Origin: a bacterium
GTDB taxonomy: Bacteria > SAR324 > XYD2-FULL-50-16 > G965216635
Direction of reading: 5' to 3'
Assembly (NCBI GenBank): GCA_965216635.1
Contig: OZ244188.1
Span: forward strand, 1,696,001 to 1,760,000
DNA: 64,000 nucleotides
Within the stretch, counting starts at the first letter, position 1. Each line of letters opens with the position of its first letter. A program made the position numbers and the translations under genes. A model generated the notes under the pieces. That model saw only the letters and a list, made by a program, of their open reading frames with translations. It was not told the origin of the DNA and searched no databases. Shown here in pieces: positions 9,252 through 19,475 of the stretch.

Positions 9252-9977
9252 TTAATTTTCGGGAATAGAGTCTGCAAAACAAAGATAGATTCTGCGGTTT
9301 TCTTTTCCTTTCTTTTTTATCTTATAAACCTGTATTTCTCCGATTTCTTGGATATTTTTGACATGCGTTCCTCCGCAAGGTTGTAAGTCTATATTTTCAA
9401 TTCTAACCATACGGTATTGATTGTTTTCACTAGGAGGATAGACTTTGGAAGTGCGAATAATTTCAGGATGCTTTTCTAACTCTTCTTTATTCCACCAGTC
9501 TATATTGATTTCTGCTCCTTTTTTAATCAGTACATTGATTTTTTCTGTAAGCTCTTCTTTGTCTGGAATTTCATCTTTTAAATCAAAATCTAGCCTAGAT
9601 TTTTCTGCTCCCACAGCACCACCTGTAACATCAGCTTGAATTAAGGAACACATAAGGTGCATGCTACTATGCATCTGCATCCTTTTATAGCGAAGCTCCC
9701 AATCTATGCAAGCCTTGATTGATACTCCTTTTTGAAGAACTACAGGTACAGATTCTACATGGTGTAAAATAGACTTATCTTCAGCAAAAGTTGTATTCAA
9801 AACAGATATTTTCTTGCCACTATCCAATTCTAGGTAACCCCTATCTCCTTCTTGTCCGCCACTTTGAGCGTAAAATATGGTTTGTTCTAAAATAATAGCA
9901 TTATCTCTTATTCCTATAACAGAAGCCTCGCATTCTTTAAGATAAGAATTTTCTTGGAAAAGTTTTTTTGTTGTCAT
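9252..9977 (-). CDS. alaX: Alanyl-tRNA editing protein (AlaX-M type)
   Basis: TIFYAQSGGQ, HSSMH (HxxxH) and CGGTH (CxxxH) zinc motifs; 241 aa. Confidence 0.92.
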   Translation of the reverse strand: MTTKKLFQENSYLKECEASVIGIRDNAIILEQTIFYAQSGGQEGDRGYLELDSGKKISVLNTTFAEDKSILHHVESVPVVLQKGVSIKACIDWELRYKRMQMHSSMHLMCSLIQADVTGGAVGAEKSRLDFDLKDEIPDKEELTEKINVLIKKGAEINIDWWNKEELEKHPEIIRTSKVYPPSENNQYRMVRIENIDLQPCGGTHVKNIQEIGEIQVYKIKKKGKENRRIYLCFADSIPEN

Positions 9978-10867
9978 TTTGTTTTTTTAATTTTCAGGTT
10001 TTCTAAAAAAGTAAAATTTACCAGTCTTTCTATTTCTTCTGTAGGGTAGTTTAATTTTGCTAGCATTCCTAGAAGTTCCTTTTTCTCTTTATCAAAAAGT
10101 GAGGCGGTTTTTTCTTTTCCTAAAAAAACAATGTAGTTGGGCTCTGTATCGCTCAAATCGGCTGGTTTTGAAGAGGCTGAAAAATCTAAAAAATCATCTT
10201 GAATTTGAAAACAAACACCTACCTTTCTTCCTATTTCTTTGAGGAGATTGAATTCTGCCAAACTCACTTCGCTTAAAATTGCAGGTATTTGAAAACAACT
10301 CTGAAACAAGCACGCTGTTTTCAGCTCTACCATTTTTTGAAAATAAGAAGGAGTTTTTTTTTCGTTTGTAGAATTTTTAGACAAATTTAAGTCCATATAT
10401 TGTCCTGATAACATACCAGCCGCACCCTCTGTTAAGGAACCTAACGCTTTTAAGGTGGTTTTTTCTAAATTTTTTGAATGCTTGATAATGATTGCAAAAG
10501 CTTCTGTCAACAGAGCACAACCCGCTAAAATAGCATTGGCTTCTCCGAATTTTTTGTGATTGGCTAGCTTGCCTCTGCGGTAATCGTCATTATCCATAGC
10601 CGGCAGATCATCGTGGATTAAAGAATAGCAGTGAATCAATTCTATGGCAGCAGCAAATGGTAAAATAGCATCTAAATCGGGGAGTTTTTTAGAAATATTC
10701 TTTGTTTGCAAAGATTTCCAGACTAGCATACAAAATAGAGGACGCAATCTTTTGCCCTTGCCTAAAAGAGAATACTGCATTACTTTTTTGAAAGGAGAAG
10801 GATAGATTGAAATATTTTGAAAAGCATCTTTTAAAAAATTTTCAAAAATGGATTTGAGCTGTTTCAT
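9974..10867 (-). CDS. ispA: Polyprenyl (farnesyl) diphosphate synthase
   Basis: GKRLRP, SLIHDDLPAMDNDDYRRG, GQ-x-MD, KT, FQIQDD. Confidence 0.92.
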   Translation of the reverse strand: MKQLKSIFENFLKDAFQNISIYPSPFKKVMQYSLLGKGKRLRPLFCMLVWKSLQTKNISKKLPDLDAILPFAAAIELIHCYSLIHDDLPAMDNDDYRRGKLANHKKFGEANAILAGCALLTEAFAIIIKHSKNLEKTTLKALGSLTEGAAGMLSGQYMDLNLSKNSTNEKKTPSYFQKMVELKTACLFQSCFQIPAILSEVSLAEFNLLKEIGRKVGVCFQIQDDFLDFSASSKPADLSDTEPNYIVFLGKEKTASLFDKEKKELLGMLAKLNYPTEEIERLVNFTFLENLKIKKTK

Positions 10868-10991
10868 TGTTTCAGGGTTTTCAGGGTTTCATTTTTTTAT
10901 TGTTTCAAATCAACTCTTGCTTTAACTTTTAATGCTATCAAATATTAAAGCCCTTTTGTAGCTTTTATTTTTTGAATTTTTATGGCATTGT

Positions 10992-11756
10992 ATGATTTTT
11001 TGTATAATGTCGCTTAAAACTTCCAAAATAAGAATAGATCAGTGGCTGGTAGAAAATCATTTGATAGAAACCAGACAAAAAGCTCAGGCTTTGATTTTAG
11101 CAAAAAAAGTTTTTTTAGGCGAACAACCCATCCGCAAAGCAGGCTATCTTATTGAAAAAGATGCAGAAATTTTAGTAAAAAAAGAACCTTCTTTTGTGAG
11201 CAGAGGCGGGAATAAGCTAGATTTCGCATTGACAAAGTTTGCTATCAAGGTGCATAATAAGATAGCCTTAGATGTTGGAGCCTCCACAGGAGGTTTTAGT
11301 GATTGTCTTTTGCAAAAAGGAGCTAAAAAAGTTTTCGCCTTAGACGTAGGAAGCAAACAACTCCATTGGAAATTGCAAAAAGAAAAAAGAATTGTATCTA
11401 TTGAAAACACAAACTTTCGTAAATGCTCTTTTGAAACAATCGGAGAATTGGTGGATTTGATTGTAATAGATGTTAGTTTTATTTCTGTAAAGCTACTCAT
11501 AGAAAAATTGGCACTTTTCTTAAAACCGAAAAAAGATCTAGTTGTTCTTTTCAAACCCCAGTTTGAGGTAGGCAGAAGACACATAGCGCGAGGTGGAAAA
11601 GTGAAATCCACAAAAATTATAATGGAGGTTTTAGAAGATTTATGTGTTACATTCTCCGAATATTCTTTTAAAAAGATTCAATTTTGCGAATCTCCTATTC
11701 GGGGTAAAAAAGCAAATAATCAAGAATTTTTAATTCACTTTAAATTTCAAAAATGA
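10992..11756 (+). CDS. tlyA: TlyA family rRNA 2'-O-methyltransferase
   Basis: S4 domain, FVSRGG-x-KL, LDVGASTGGF, DVSFIS, KPQFE. Confidence 0.93.
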   Translation: MIFCIMSLKTSKIRIDQWLVENHLIETRQKAQALILAKKVFLGEQPIRKAGYLIEKDAEILVKKEPSFVSRGGNKLDFALTKFAIKVHNKIALDVGASTGGFSDCLLQKGAKKVFALDVGSKQLHWKLQKEKRIVSIENTNFRKCSFETIGELVDLIVIDVSFISVKLLIEKLALFLKPKKDLVVLFKPQFEVGRRHIARGGKVKSTKIIMEVLEDLCVTFSEYSFKKIQFCESPIRGKKANNQEFLIHFKFQK

Positions 11757-12373
11757 ATTTATCTATAGAAGAATTAATTGAAAATATTATTTTTTTAATC
11801 CATAGAGACAGCAGAATCTCTCGAGAATTGGCACAAGCCAAAGAATTTTTTTTTGAAAAAACAGGAAAAATTCATATCAGTGCTGCCAGTTATCAAAACC
11901 GCATTAACTGCTTTTTGAATTGGTTTTTATTTGATTGGAATACAGCATACGAGCAAACCTGCATCTATAAAACGATTGTCAGCAAATTTGGGGCAAGCGA
12001 GTTAGACGAGCGACATTATCAGCTTTACCCCAATGTAAATTCTATTTTTATCTTGCAAAAAGAGAAAAAAGAAGAAGTGAAAGTAATGGATTTATTTGAT
12101 AAAAAAAAATACCAAGTTCCTAAAAGTAATTTTTTTCAAGGTATAGAAAGGCATTGCTGCTTTGAAAGTAGACTGCACTGCATCAACAAGGTTTATTATT
12201 TTAGTAACTATTTGATTTTACACCCTAGGGATGTTAGCTCCTATGTCCAAAGAAAAGTGAGAGAATGCAAAAACAAAAAAGTAAATTTCAGAGAGTTACT
12301 TTTTAAGCTACACCATACAGCTCATAAATGGGAATCCTATAAGCATTTTCCTTTAAAAAAAGTTTATTCTTAA
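11753..12373 (+). CDS. Hypothetical protein
   Basis: 206 aa, 4-bp overlap with tlyA; F-x-NWFLFD motif. Confidence 0.7.
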   Translation: MNLSIEELIENIIFLIHRDSRISRELAQAKEFFFEKTGKIHISAASYQNRINCFLNWFLFDWNTAYEQTCIYKTIVSKFGASELDERHYQLYPNVNSIFILQKEKKEEVKVMDLFDKKKYQVPKSNFFQGIERHCCFESRLHCINKVYYFSNYLILHPRDVSSYVQRKVRECKNKKVNFRELLFKLHHTAHKWESYKHFPLKKVYS

Positions 12374-12386
12374 ATTATTTTCAAAG

Positions 12387-13172
12387 ATGATGCAAAAAAC
12401 AGATTGGGAAAATATTCATTTTTATTTTGAAGAAATACCCAAAGCATTTCTCTGGTTTGAAAAATTCCCCATCTGGCAGTGGCAAGAAAATATATCCGCT
12501 TTTTTGGATTATTTTTTTGGCAAAATAAATTCTCACAGCGTAACTGCAGAAATAAAAAAATTTTATAAAAAAGAAGAGCTTTATTTTTCAGAGACAATAT
12601 TGCTAGAAAAAGAAGCCTCTATCCCCGATCTAAAAATCTATCTAGCAAAAGGGGTGCGAATAGAAGCTGGAGCTAGTATCCAAAAAAATTGTATTGCATT
12701 AGAAAAAAGTGAGATTAGACAATCCGCCTATATTAGGAAAAATGCGATTATAGGAGAACATTGTACTGTGGGACACGCTACTGAAATAAAAAATTCTATT
12801 TTATTTTCTCATAGTGAAGTGGGGCATTTTAATTACCTTGGCGATAGCGTTGTAGGTTCCTATTGCAACTTAGGTGCTGGTAGTATTCTTTGCAATTTGC
12901 CTTTTAGAACTTTATCCCAAAAGAAAAAACAAGAATTTCCTAAATTTTCTTTTAATACCCCACAAAAAAAGGAACTAAGCTGTAAAAAAAGAGGTGTTGT
13001 TTTAGGAGATGGCTGCGAAACAGGTTGCAATAGCGTCTTAGGACCTATGAGTTTTTTAGGAAAATCCTGCGTTGTCTATCCCAATGTTTATGTGGCAAAA
13101 GGTGTTTTTCCAGAAGGCTCTGTTTTCAAAACTGCTGCAGACTACCAAAAATTCAATCTACTCTACAAATAG
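12387..13172 (+). CDS. Left-handed beta-helix acetyltransferase (GlmU C-terminal-like), no nucleotidyltransferase domain
   Basis: AYIR, VGHATEIKNS, HFNYLGDSVVG, NLGAG, G-x2-LGD-x3-TGCNSVL. Confidence 0.8.
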   Translation: MMQKTDWENIHFYFEEIPKAFLWFEKFPIWQWQENISAFLDYFFGKINSHSVTAEIKKFYKKEELYFSETILLEKEASIPDLKIYLAKGVRIEAGASIQKNCIALEKSEIRQSAYIRKNAIIGEHCTVGHATEIKNSILFSHSEVGHFNYLGDSVVGSYCNLGAGSILCNLPFRTLSQKKKQEFPKFSFNTPQKKELSCKKRGVVLGDGCETGCNSVLGPMSFLGKSCVVYPNVYVAKGVFPEGSVFKTAADYQKFNLLYK

Positions 13173-13183
13173 GGACTAACAGC

Positions 13184-13294
13184 GACCTTTTGAATTTGCT
13201 TGCCAAAGTTTAGCCAAAACAAGCTTATTGCTTTCGCTCCTATACAAGCTTTAGCTGCAGAGGCTAAACTTTGGCAAGCAAATTCAAAAGTCTA
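13184..13294. mobile_element. MITE-like element with 28-bp perfect inverted repeat
   Basis: TTTTGAATTTGCTTGCCAAAGTTTAGCC (13188-13215) pairs with GGCTAAACTTTGGCAAGCAAATTCAAAA (13262-13289); lies between convergent genes. Confidence 0.8.
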
Positions 13295-13304
13295 GTCTAT
13301 TTTA

Positions 13305-13694
13305 TTATCTCAAATCCATATACTGCACAGGCAACAAACAGTGTTTTTGCATATCTATAACAGCCCCGCATTGCTCCAATACAATATAACCTAGAAGGGG
13401 CTTATAACTTCCTTCTTTATCTGCTTTCATATCTATAAACAAAATTTCACTATGAATTGTCCTAAAACCTTCCACTTTGATTTTAACAGGACCACAGACA
13501 GTTCCAGACACCACCCTTTGAGTAGCAATTTGTAGTTTTATAGTTTCTTCTGTTTCAAAATTTCCAAATTTTTCTCTCCACGCACGAGGCAAAACAAGAT
13601 GGCTCGCACCAGTATCTACTAGGGCTTCTAACTTTATCTTCTGCCTTGATTGTGAAATGTTTTCAACATCTACAGCTACAATTATTCTTCCCAT
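13305..13694 (-). CDS. Clan AA (retropepsin-like) aspartic protease
   Basis: ALVDTGA catalytic motif, PLLG-x3-LE; 129 aa. Confidence 0.8.
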   Translation of the reverse strand: MGRIIVAVDVENISQSRQKIKLEALVDTGASHLVLPRAWREKFGNFETEETIKLQIATQRVVSGTVCGPVKIKVEGFRTIHSEILFIDMKADKEGSYKPLLGYIVLEQCGAVIDMQKHCLLPVQYMDLR

Positions 13695-13739
13695 AATTTA
13701 TTTTGTTTTCACTTAAAAAATCCTTTATCTTCTGAACAA

Positions 13740-13859
13740 CTTGCAACGACCCAGCTGCGTTGCTTAAAATTTTGTCCCTTGAAATACTTGAGTATTCCTG
13801 CGACCCAAAAATTTTTTTTGTCTTGTCTAGCCGTCACATCAGCGAAATTCAAAGGTCTA
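13740..13859. mobile_element. MITE-like element copy, left end degraded
   Basis: GCGTTG..CTTGAAATACTTGAGTATTCC..CTAGCCGTCACAT..GAAATTCAAAGGTCTA, collinear with 33003-33142. Confidence 0.7.
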
Positions 13860-13897
13860 TAAGATATTCTATCCTAGAATAGTACAATTTTAAATGG

Positions 13898-14800
13898 TTA
13901 TCTTTCGCAATAGTTTAATACAGCTTGCCGAATTTTACGAAAATCGTTCCACGCTAAACTCAGATTTTCTGGAAATCGTAACAAGAACGCAGGATGAAAA
14001 GTAACTAGGGTGGGTATCTCTTTTTTTTTGAAAGAATAAGAAAAAAGCTCGCCGTGATTTTTTTTAATTCCTCCAACTTCTGAAAAAAACCGATGCATCG
14101 CAACTGAACCTAAAAGCACAATCATTTTAGGGTTTATCAATTCTATTTGTTTATCTAGAATTTCCGAACAGGTTTTTATTTCTTCCTTTTCTGGATTTCT
14201 ATTATTGGGAGGTCTGCATTTGACAAGGTTGGTAATATAGATAGATTCTCTGGCAATGGCTATACTTAAAAGCATTTGATTGAGAAGCTGTCCTGCTTTA
14301 CCTACAAAGGGCAATCCTTGTTGGTCTTCTTGCATACCAGGTCCTTCTCCTATAAAAAGAATTTGTGCTTTTTGGTTGCCCTGTCCGTAGACTATATTTT
14401 TTCTTCCTAGACACAGGTTGCATTTTTGACAATCTTGTATTCTCAAACGCAAAGAATCCAAAGAGCCTGCCTCTTGTAAATTAACTGCTTTTTGCAGAAA
14501 ATCTTTTACCGCAGAAGGTGTTTCTGTAGGAATAGAAGGTTTGTTTTGTTTTATGATGGCGGGTTTGGGCTGTGCTGTAATCAAGGCGGCTGAGGTTTTT
14601 TTGCGATTTTCAAATATACGGGCATTTTGGGTTTTAGCTTCACTTTTAGTTTTACTTTTATCTCCATCAAGGGCGATAGGGATTGTCTCTAAAATTTTTT
14701 GAGGGCTTAGGTAGGTGAATTCTTGGGATATGAAATAAAATTTTAGGTAGTCCTTGATTTCTTTGATTGCCTGATTTTCTTTAATTAAATTTGTTTGCAT
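13898..14800 (-). CDS. Uracil-DNA glycosylase family 4
   Basis: CQKCNL, IGEGPG-x2-ED, PFVG-x-AG, KCRPP-x-NR, TFHPA; long N-terminal extension. Confidence 0.92.
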   Translation of the reverse strand: MQTNLIKENQAIKEIKDYLKFYFISQEFTYLSPQKILETIPIALDGDKSKTKSEAKTQNARIFENRKKTSAALITAQPKPAIIKQNKPSIPTETPSAVKDFLQKAVNLQEAGSLDSLRLRIQDCQKCNLCLGRKNIVYGQGNQKAQILFIGEGPGMQEDQQGLPFVGKAGQLLNQMLLSIAIARESIYITNLVKCRPPNNRNPEKEEIKTCSEILDKQIELINPKMIVLLGSVAMHRFFSEVGGIKKNHGELFSYSFKKKEIPTLVTFHPAFLLRFPENLSLAWNDFRKIRQAVLNYCER

Positions 14801-14805
14801 CTTCT

Positions 14806-15183
14806 TTAGGGTGTGAAAAAAGAAATATCTAGAACTCTACGAAATTTTAAATCTTTGGGAATATAGTAAAAATCTATTTCCATCTCCGTTGTCAGTTTGC
14901 TTCTTTTGACACGCCAGCGAGCCTGCCCGCCAACTTCTAAATACAAAAAATTATCATCCTTGACAGCCAGTTGCTCTGCACTTAAAGTGGCTGCTTCTTT
15001 TTTAACGCCTTGTAGCAAAGAATTTAGCTCTAAAAACAAAACTCTTCTTTTTATACGTGCTATTTCTAGTTCTTGTGTGTAAATACTTTTTTGTAGTAAA
15101 ATCGCCACTAAACCCACAAGCACAAAACCCAGAACTGTTAACCCTAAAAGAGCATAACCCTTTTGTTTTTTTAATGGTTTCAT
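14806..15183 (-). CDS. Hypothetical protein with prepilin/pseudopilin-like N-terminus
   Basis: KKQKG|YALL followed by a hydrophobic helix; secretin gene nearby. Confidence 0.55.
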   Translation of the reverse strand: MKPLKKQKGYALLGLTVLGFVLVGLVAILLQKSIYTQELEIARIKRRVLFLELNSLLQGVKKEAATLSAEQLAVKDDNFLYLEVGGQARWRVKRSKLTTEMEIDFYYIPKDLKFRRVLDISFFTP

Positions 15184-15221
15184 TATTAAAGAATGGATTA
15201 AAAAAAATTACTTGCGAAAAA

Positions 15222-16016
15222 TTATTGAGGAAAATCGCTAAATACTAGTTTTCTGTTTTTGTTTTCGGAAAATTTCTGAGTGGAGTAGCAATAGATTTTA
15301 CCTAAGTGACATTCCTGTTCCATTCTTATCCATTGCAACCTTGCAATTTCTAATAGTAAAATAAAAGATATAATTTTGGATTCTATATTTTCAAGCTGAA
15401 TGAGAAACTTTTGTAACATAAAAGAGCCTTTCTGCTCTAACTCGGTTATAATTTGCTGCAATATTTCTTGGGTGCTAATTTTTACTTCGGGAAGCTGAAA
15501 TTCTTCGCTTAAATCTCTGCTTTTTTGCAGCACTTGCTCGTAGACCAAAAGTAATTTAGCGATACTAATTCGGATAAGTTGTTCGTCACTAGTATCAATT
15601 TCTTTTATCACCTCCATTTGAATTTTTTCAGAACGGGTAAAATGATCCCTTTGTAACCAATTCATTTGAGCTAAAACTTCTCCAGCTTCTTTGAATTTTT
15701 TGTATTCTAAAAGTTGCTGTCTCAAAGCCTCTTCTGTTTGTGTGTCGTCTTCTTCCTCATCGGTGGGATTGGGCAAAAGGCTTCTCGCTTTGATGGCAAT
15801 CAAACGGGAGGCGATATAGATAAACTGGCTTGAATTTTCTAGTTGAATTTGGGTTGTATTTTTAACATAGCTTAAAAAAGGAACGCAAAGAGTAGCTAAT
15901 GACAGACTGTGAATATCTAATTTTTTTTTTTGAATCAAATGGAGCAAGATGTCTAAGGGACCTTCAAAAGACTCTAGTTTTACTAAAAGAGGATCAAAAT
16001 TTGGAATAGTTGTCAT
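15222..16016 (-). CDS. scpA: Segregation and condensation protein A
   Basis: FEGPLDILLHLI, IKARSLLP, LLEY, F-x2-LLE-x3-Q. Confidence 0.92.
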   Translation of the reverse strand: MTTIPNFDPLLVKLESFEGPLDILLHLIQKKKLDIHSLSLATLCVPFLSYVKNTTQIQLENSSQFIYIASRLIAIKARSLLPNPTDEEEDDTQTEEALRQQLLEYKKFKEAGEVLAQMNWLQRDHFTRSEKIQMEVIKEIDTSDEQLIRISIAKLLLVYEQVLQKSRDLSEEFQLPEVKISTQEILQQIITELEQKGSFMLQKFLIQLENIESKIISFILLLEIARLQWIRMEQECHLGKIYCYSTQKFSENKNRKLVFSDFPQ

Positions 16017-16022
16017 AAAAAT

Positions 16023-17309
16023 TTATTCTTCTGTTTCAGGAATATTGGAATCTGACTCTTCTTCTATTTCAAGAATATTGGAATCTAACCCTTCTTTTAT
16101 TTTCTGGCGAATTTCTTTTAAAGGAGTCTTTGTTTGTTTTAGCGCTTTTCTGCTGATTTTTCTTTGCTCTTCTGCTGTACGGACGATTGTAGGAGTAAGA
16201 AATACTATAAGATTGGTTTTTTGAGAAGAGGTTGTTTGATTTCTAAAAAGATAACCTAATAATGGAATATCTCCCAAACAAGGAACTTTCGTTTTATTGA
16301 CTACTTTTTCATCGCTAATTAAACCTCCGAGGGCAATCGTTTCTCCGCTTTTGACAACTACTTGGGTAATAATAGTTCTTTTGGAGGTAATGGGCCTATA
16401 TTCCGTCTCTAAGTCTGCTTGAGCAAAACCCGATACAGAGGTGTTCTCTTGTTTAATTTCCATATTGACATAATCACCTGCGTTAATTTGAGGCAGAATA
16501 TCTAGCAGTATTCCTAAATCTTTGTAAGTATAATTGGGAATTTCATTGTTGTTGCCGTCTCTTGTAATAGAGGTCAAGAAAGGTCTATTTTCTCCTACTT
16601 GAATAGTTGCTTTTTTGTTGTTGAGAGTAAGAATTTTGGGGTTGGAGAGGATATCCACTTCCCTATCTGTGGCAAGTGCTTGCACAAAAGCCGCGTAACT
16701 GAGATAAGGTACTCCATTATAGGTGATGGTATCTCCTATCACTCCAAGTAAGGAACCTGAACCAGCCGCTCTAGCTCCTGCTGGAGTTTGTGCATTGACT
16801 CCTGCAAATCCTCCCGGTGTAGAAATGTTACTCAGTCCCGAATTACTATCGGAGTTTAAAAGTTGATTTCGGCTATACTTCACTCCTAAATTTAAGGTTT
16901 TATTTACTCCTATCTCCACAATTAAGGCTTCCACAAAAACCTGCGGTCTGATCACATCTAAATCTTCTATCGCATTTTTGATAATAGCGTATTGGGAAGA
17001 ATTAGCGTAAATAATGAGTGAATTAGTTTCTTTGTCTGCCACTACGGAGAGTTGCTTATCTGCTTTTTTTTTAAGGTTACTCTGTGCCTGTTGGGTGATA
17101 TTGCCACTTATATTACCCAAAATTTCAGCTAGGTTACTGGCATTAGCATTTTGCACAGGATAAAAATAAAATTTAAATTTTTGCGAACTCTTAACACTTT
17201 GGAGTTGATTCTCCAAACTTTTTTCTAAATTTTGGGAACTCTCTTCTTGAGCAAAAGTCGGATTGAAAGCCAAACAAATTATCCAAATAAATAAATAAAT
17301 TTTTTGCAT
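16023..17309 (-). CDS. Secretin, GspD-like, short form
   Basis: Signal peptide, one N domain (ADKETNSLI), RPQVFVEALIVE, ILSNPKILTLNN, KVPCLGDIPLLGYLF, TNLIVFLTPTIV. Confidence 0.88.
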   Translation of the reverse strand: MQKIYLFIWIICLAFNPTFAQEESSQNLEKSLENQLQSVKSSQKFKFYFYPVQNANASNLAEILGNISGNITQQAQSNLKKKADKQLSVVADKETNSLIIYANSSQYAIIKNAIEDLDVIRPQVFVEALIVEIGVNKTLNLGVKYSRNQLLNSDSNSGLSNISTPGGFAGVNAQTPAGARAAGSGSLLGVIGDTITYNGVPYLSYAAFVQALATDREVDILSNPKILTLNNKKATIQVGENRPFLTSITRDGNNNEIPNYTYKDLGILLDILPQINAGDYVNMEIKQENTSVSGFAQADLETEYRPITSKRTIITQVVVKSGETIALGGLISDEKVVNKTKVPCLGDIPLLGYLFRNQTTSSQKTNLIVFLTPTIVRTAEEQRKISRKALKQTKTPLKEIRQKIKEGLDSNILEIEEESDSNIPETEE

Positions 17310-17328
17310 TTTGTTTTTCTACGTATTT

Positions 17329-18057
17329 TTAGGGAAGTAATTTTTTCTCATATCGTAAAATAAAAGCATCTCTTTGTTCTCTGATAAGATTTTGATTATA
17401 TTTTTTTGCCTTTTCTCTAGAACCCCTCATGTTTCCTAGATAAAAATTGTATTCAAAAAAGAAAAATAAAGTAAAACTTGCAGTCTGTCCGTTTTCCAAA
17501 GCATTTAGCATTAAGTAGCTAAAAGCAGCATTCAATAAAAAAGCTGTTATCGCTGTGCCATAATTTCCAGTATAAATAAACCCCGCTCCTGGAAAAAGAG
17601 AAAGCCAAAAGGCTTTTTGAGTTTTAAGTAAATCTTTTTCGGATACAAAATCCCATTTTTCTTCTTGGCTCGCCGCCCAATAAATTTTGGCTTTTTCGCT
17701 CTTATCTTGGCGAAGATAAGCGAGAGACACCAAACTTAAAATACTAATTTTTTCTGCCATTTTCTTTTTTGAAGATGGTTTTTTTAAGTAAATTTGTCCT
17801 AAATTTTCTAGACAAAAAAAATCTTTTAAAAAGTAACAATTTTTGGCTAATAGATTATCTACGGCGGGATTTTTTATTTGATGATAAAATTTTAAACGAT
17901 AAATTTCTGAAATAGAACGATAATAATATTTTTCATAATAAAAAGAATAGGCTAAATCCAATTCTTTTTCTGTTGCTAAACTCAAATTTAAAAAATAAAA
18001 AAAAAATACTTGAAAAAGAAAAAAAAATTTAAATTTCAATAAATAAAATTCATTCAA
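17329..18057 (-). CDS. Hypothetical exported/membrane protein (TPR-like helices plus TM2-like segment)
   Basis: Signal-like N-terminus; LSLFPGAGFIYTG motif followed by hydrophobic helices. Confidence 0.65.
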   Translation of the reverse strand: MNEFYLLKFKFFFLFQVFFFYFLNLSLATEKELDLAYSFYYEKYYYRSISEIYRLKFYHQIKNPAVDNLLAKNCYFLKDFFCLENLGQIYLKKPSSKKKMAEKISILSLVSLAYLRQDKSEKAKIYWAASQEEKWDFVSEKDLLKTQKAFWLSLFPGAGFIYTGNYGTAITAFLLNAAFSYLMLNALENGQTASFTLFFFFEYNFYLGNMRGSREKAKKYNQNLIREQRDAFILRYEKKLLP

Positions 18058-18068
18058 AATAAAAAGTT

Positions 18069-18737
18069 TTAAGGGATAAGAATTTTAAATTCCTTTTGGT
18101 TACTTAAAACAACGCTGAGTTGATCTGTTTTTTTCCAGCTTAAAAAAAGAGTTGCTTGGGAGTCTTGAAAAATTTCCGAGTGGCTTACAGGCCTATCCGC
18201 CCCGTCTTTTAAAAAACTTATCTTAAAGCTATAAGAGTCTTTTTTTTGCGTTATTGTTCTGGGCTTGTATTCTATAATACGGTAAAAAGCAAGAACATCT
18301 TTTTGATTGTGAATGAAGCCTCCTGCAGAGCGATAGGGTAAATCTTTTTTTATAATTTTTTTTCCGTCGTAGTAAAAAAGAGATTTTTGTGTTCCTGTTT
18401 TTAATAAGCCGTATTTTGGAACAATAAAATAGAATTCAAAACTGGTATTAGGATTTTGGTACAAAATCTCTATTTTATTTTTCAAGTTTTTAAGAATTAA
18501 AAACCGCCCTTTCTGATACTCAAAAATATTTGCAATAGTTTTGTTTTTTACAGAAACCAAAAATTGATTGTTTTTGTTGTAGAGGGCGTTGTTTAGACGA
18601 TTCTCAGGAAAAATTTTATAGCCGTTTTTTAATTCTATCACTCCCTTGTACTGCTCGTTTGTTTTAAGTTCCTGTGCTCCAATTATATAGGAAAATAAAA
18701 AGAGATAAAATATAGGCAATAGTAAGTATTTTTTCAT
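18069..18737 (-). CDS. Hypothetical secreted protein
   Basis: Sec-type signal peptide; in operon after lolA. Confidence 0.65.
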   Translation of the reverse strand: MKKYLLLPIFYLFLFSYIIGAQELKTNEQYKGVIELKNGYKIFPENRLNNALYNKNNQFLVSVKNKTIANIFEYQKGRFLILKNLKNKIEILYQNPNTSFEFYFIVPKYGLLKTGTQKSLFYYDGKKIIKKDLPYRSAGGFIHNQKDVLAFYRIIEYKPRTITQKKDSYSFKISFLKDGADRPVSHSEIFQDSQATLFLSWKKTDQLSVVLSNQKEFKILIP

Positions 18738-18746
18738 TTAAATTTT

Positions 18747-19400
18747 TTATTGAATAGTTTCAGTACCCTCCTCAGGAATAAAATAAAACAATTTGTCTAA
18801 AAACTCAACATTAGGTTTAAAGTTATTCAAATAGAATTTATTAATTTGTTCGTCTTTATCTAAAATCAAGATTCCTTGAATCCAATATTTTTTTTTATCT
18901 ACTAATAAATGAAATTCTTGGATGTTGATTTCTGCTTTTTTAGGTTTTAGATAAATTTTTTCTTGCGTCTCGTTGGGAAGTAATAGATCAGCGTATTTAG
19001 AGCTACTCACGGGCTCAAAATAAAATTGCAAACCTCCTTTTTTAAAAAAATAATTAAAAACATCTATGCTTGCTATTTTTTCTTTTTTTTCTATACTTAG
19101 ACTATCTAGTAGGGGATCGTAAATCCAGACTTTTTGTTGACCTACTATTATAAGTTGTTTTTCTGGTTCAAAGTATTCCCAACGGAGTAAATTAGGTTTC
19201 TTAAAACGAACGCTACCCTTTGCGGTAATACTCTGCCCTAAACTACTTGTGCTACTTTGCCGAAAATCTGCTTGGAATGTATTAATAGTGTCCCAATTTT
19301 TTTGAATTTTTGAAAGTAAATCATCAGCGAAAAGATTCGCTGTAAAAACAAAATAGGTCAGACCTACAAAAAATAAAATGGAATAGGAGTTTTTTATCAT
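18747..19400 (-). CDS. lolA: Outer-membrane lipoprotein carrier
   Basis: Signal peptide, FQADFRQ, G-x3-FKKPNLLRWEY, VWIYDP. Confidence 0.88.
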   Translation of the reverse strand: MIKNSYSILFFVGLTYFVFTANLFADDLLSKIQKNWDTINTFQADFRQSSTSSLGQSITAKGSVRFKKPNLLRWEYFEPEKQLIIVGQQKVWIYDPLLDSLSIEKKEKIASIDVFNYFFKKGGLQFYFEPVSSSKYADLLLPNETQEKIYLKPKKAEINIQEFHLLVDKKKYWIQGILILDKDEQINKFYLNNFKPNVEFLDKLFYFIPEEGTETIQ

Positions 19401-19475
19401 AATTTGCTGGTTTAATTTTTTATAGAGCTATTTTCTTTTTTTAGTTATTTTTCATAAACTTTGCAAGTATTTTCC

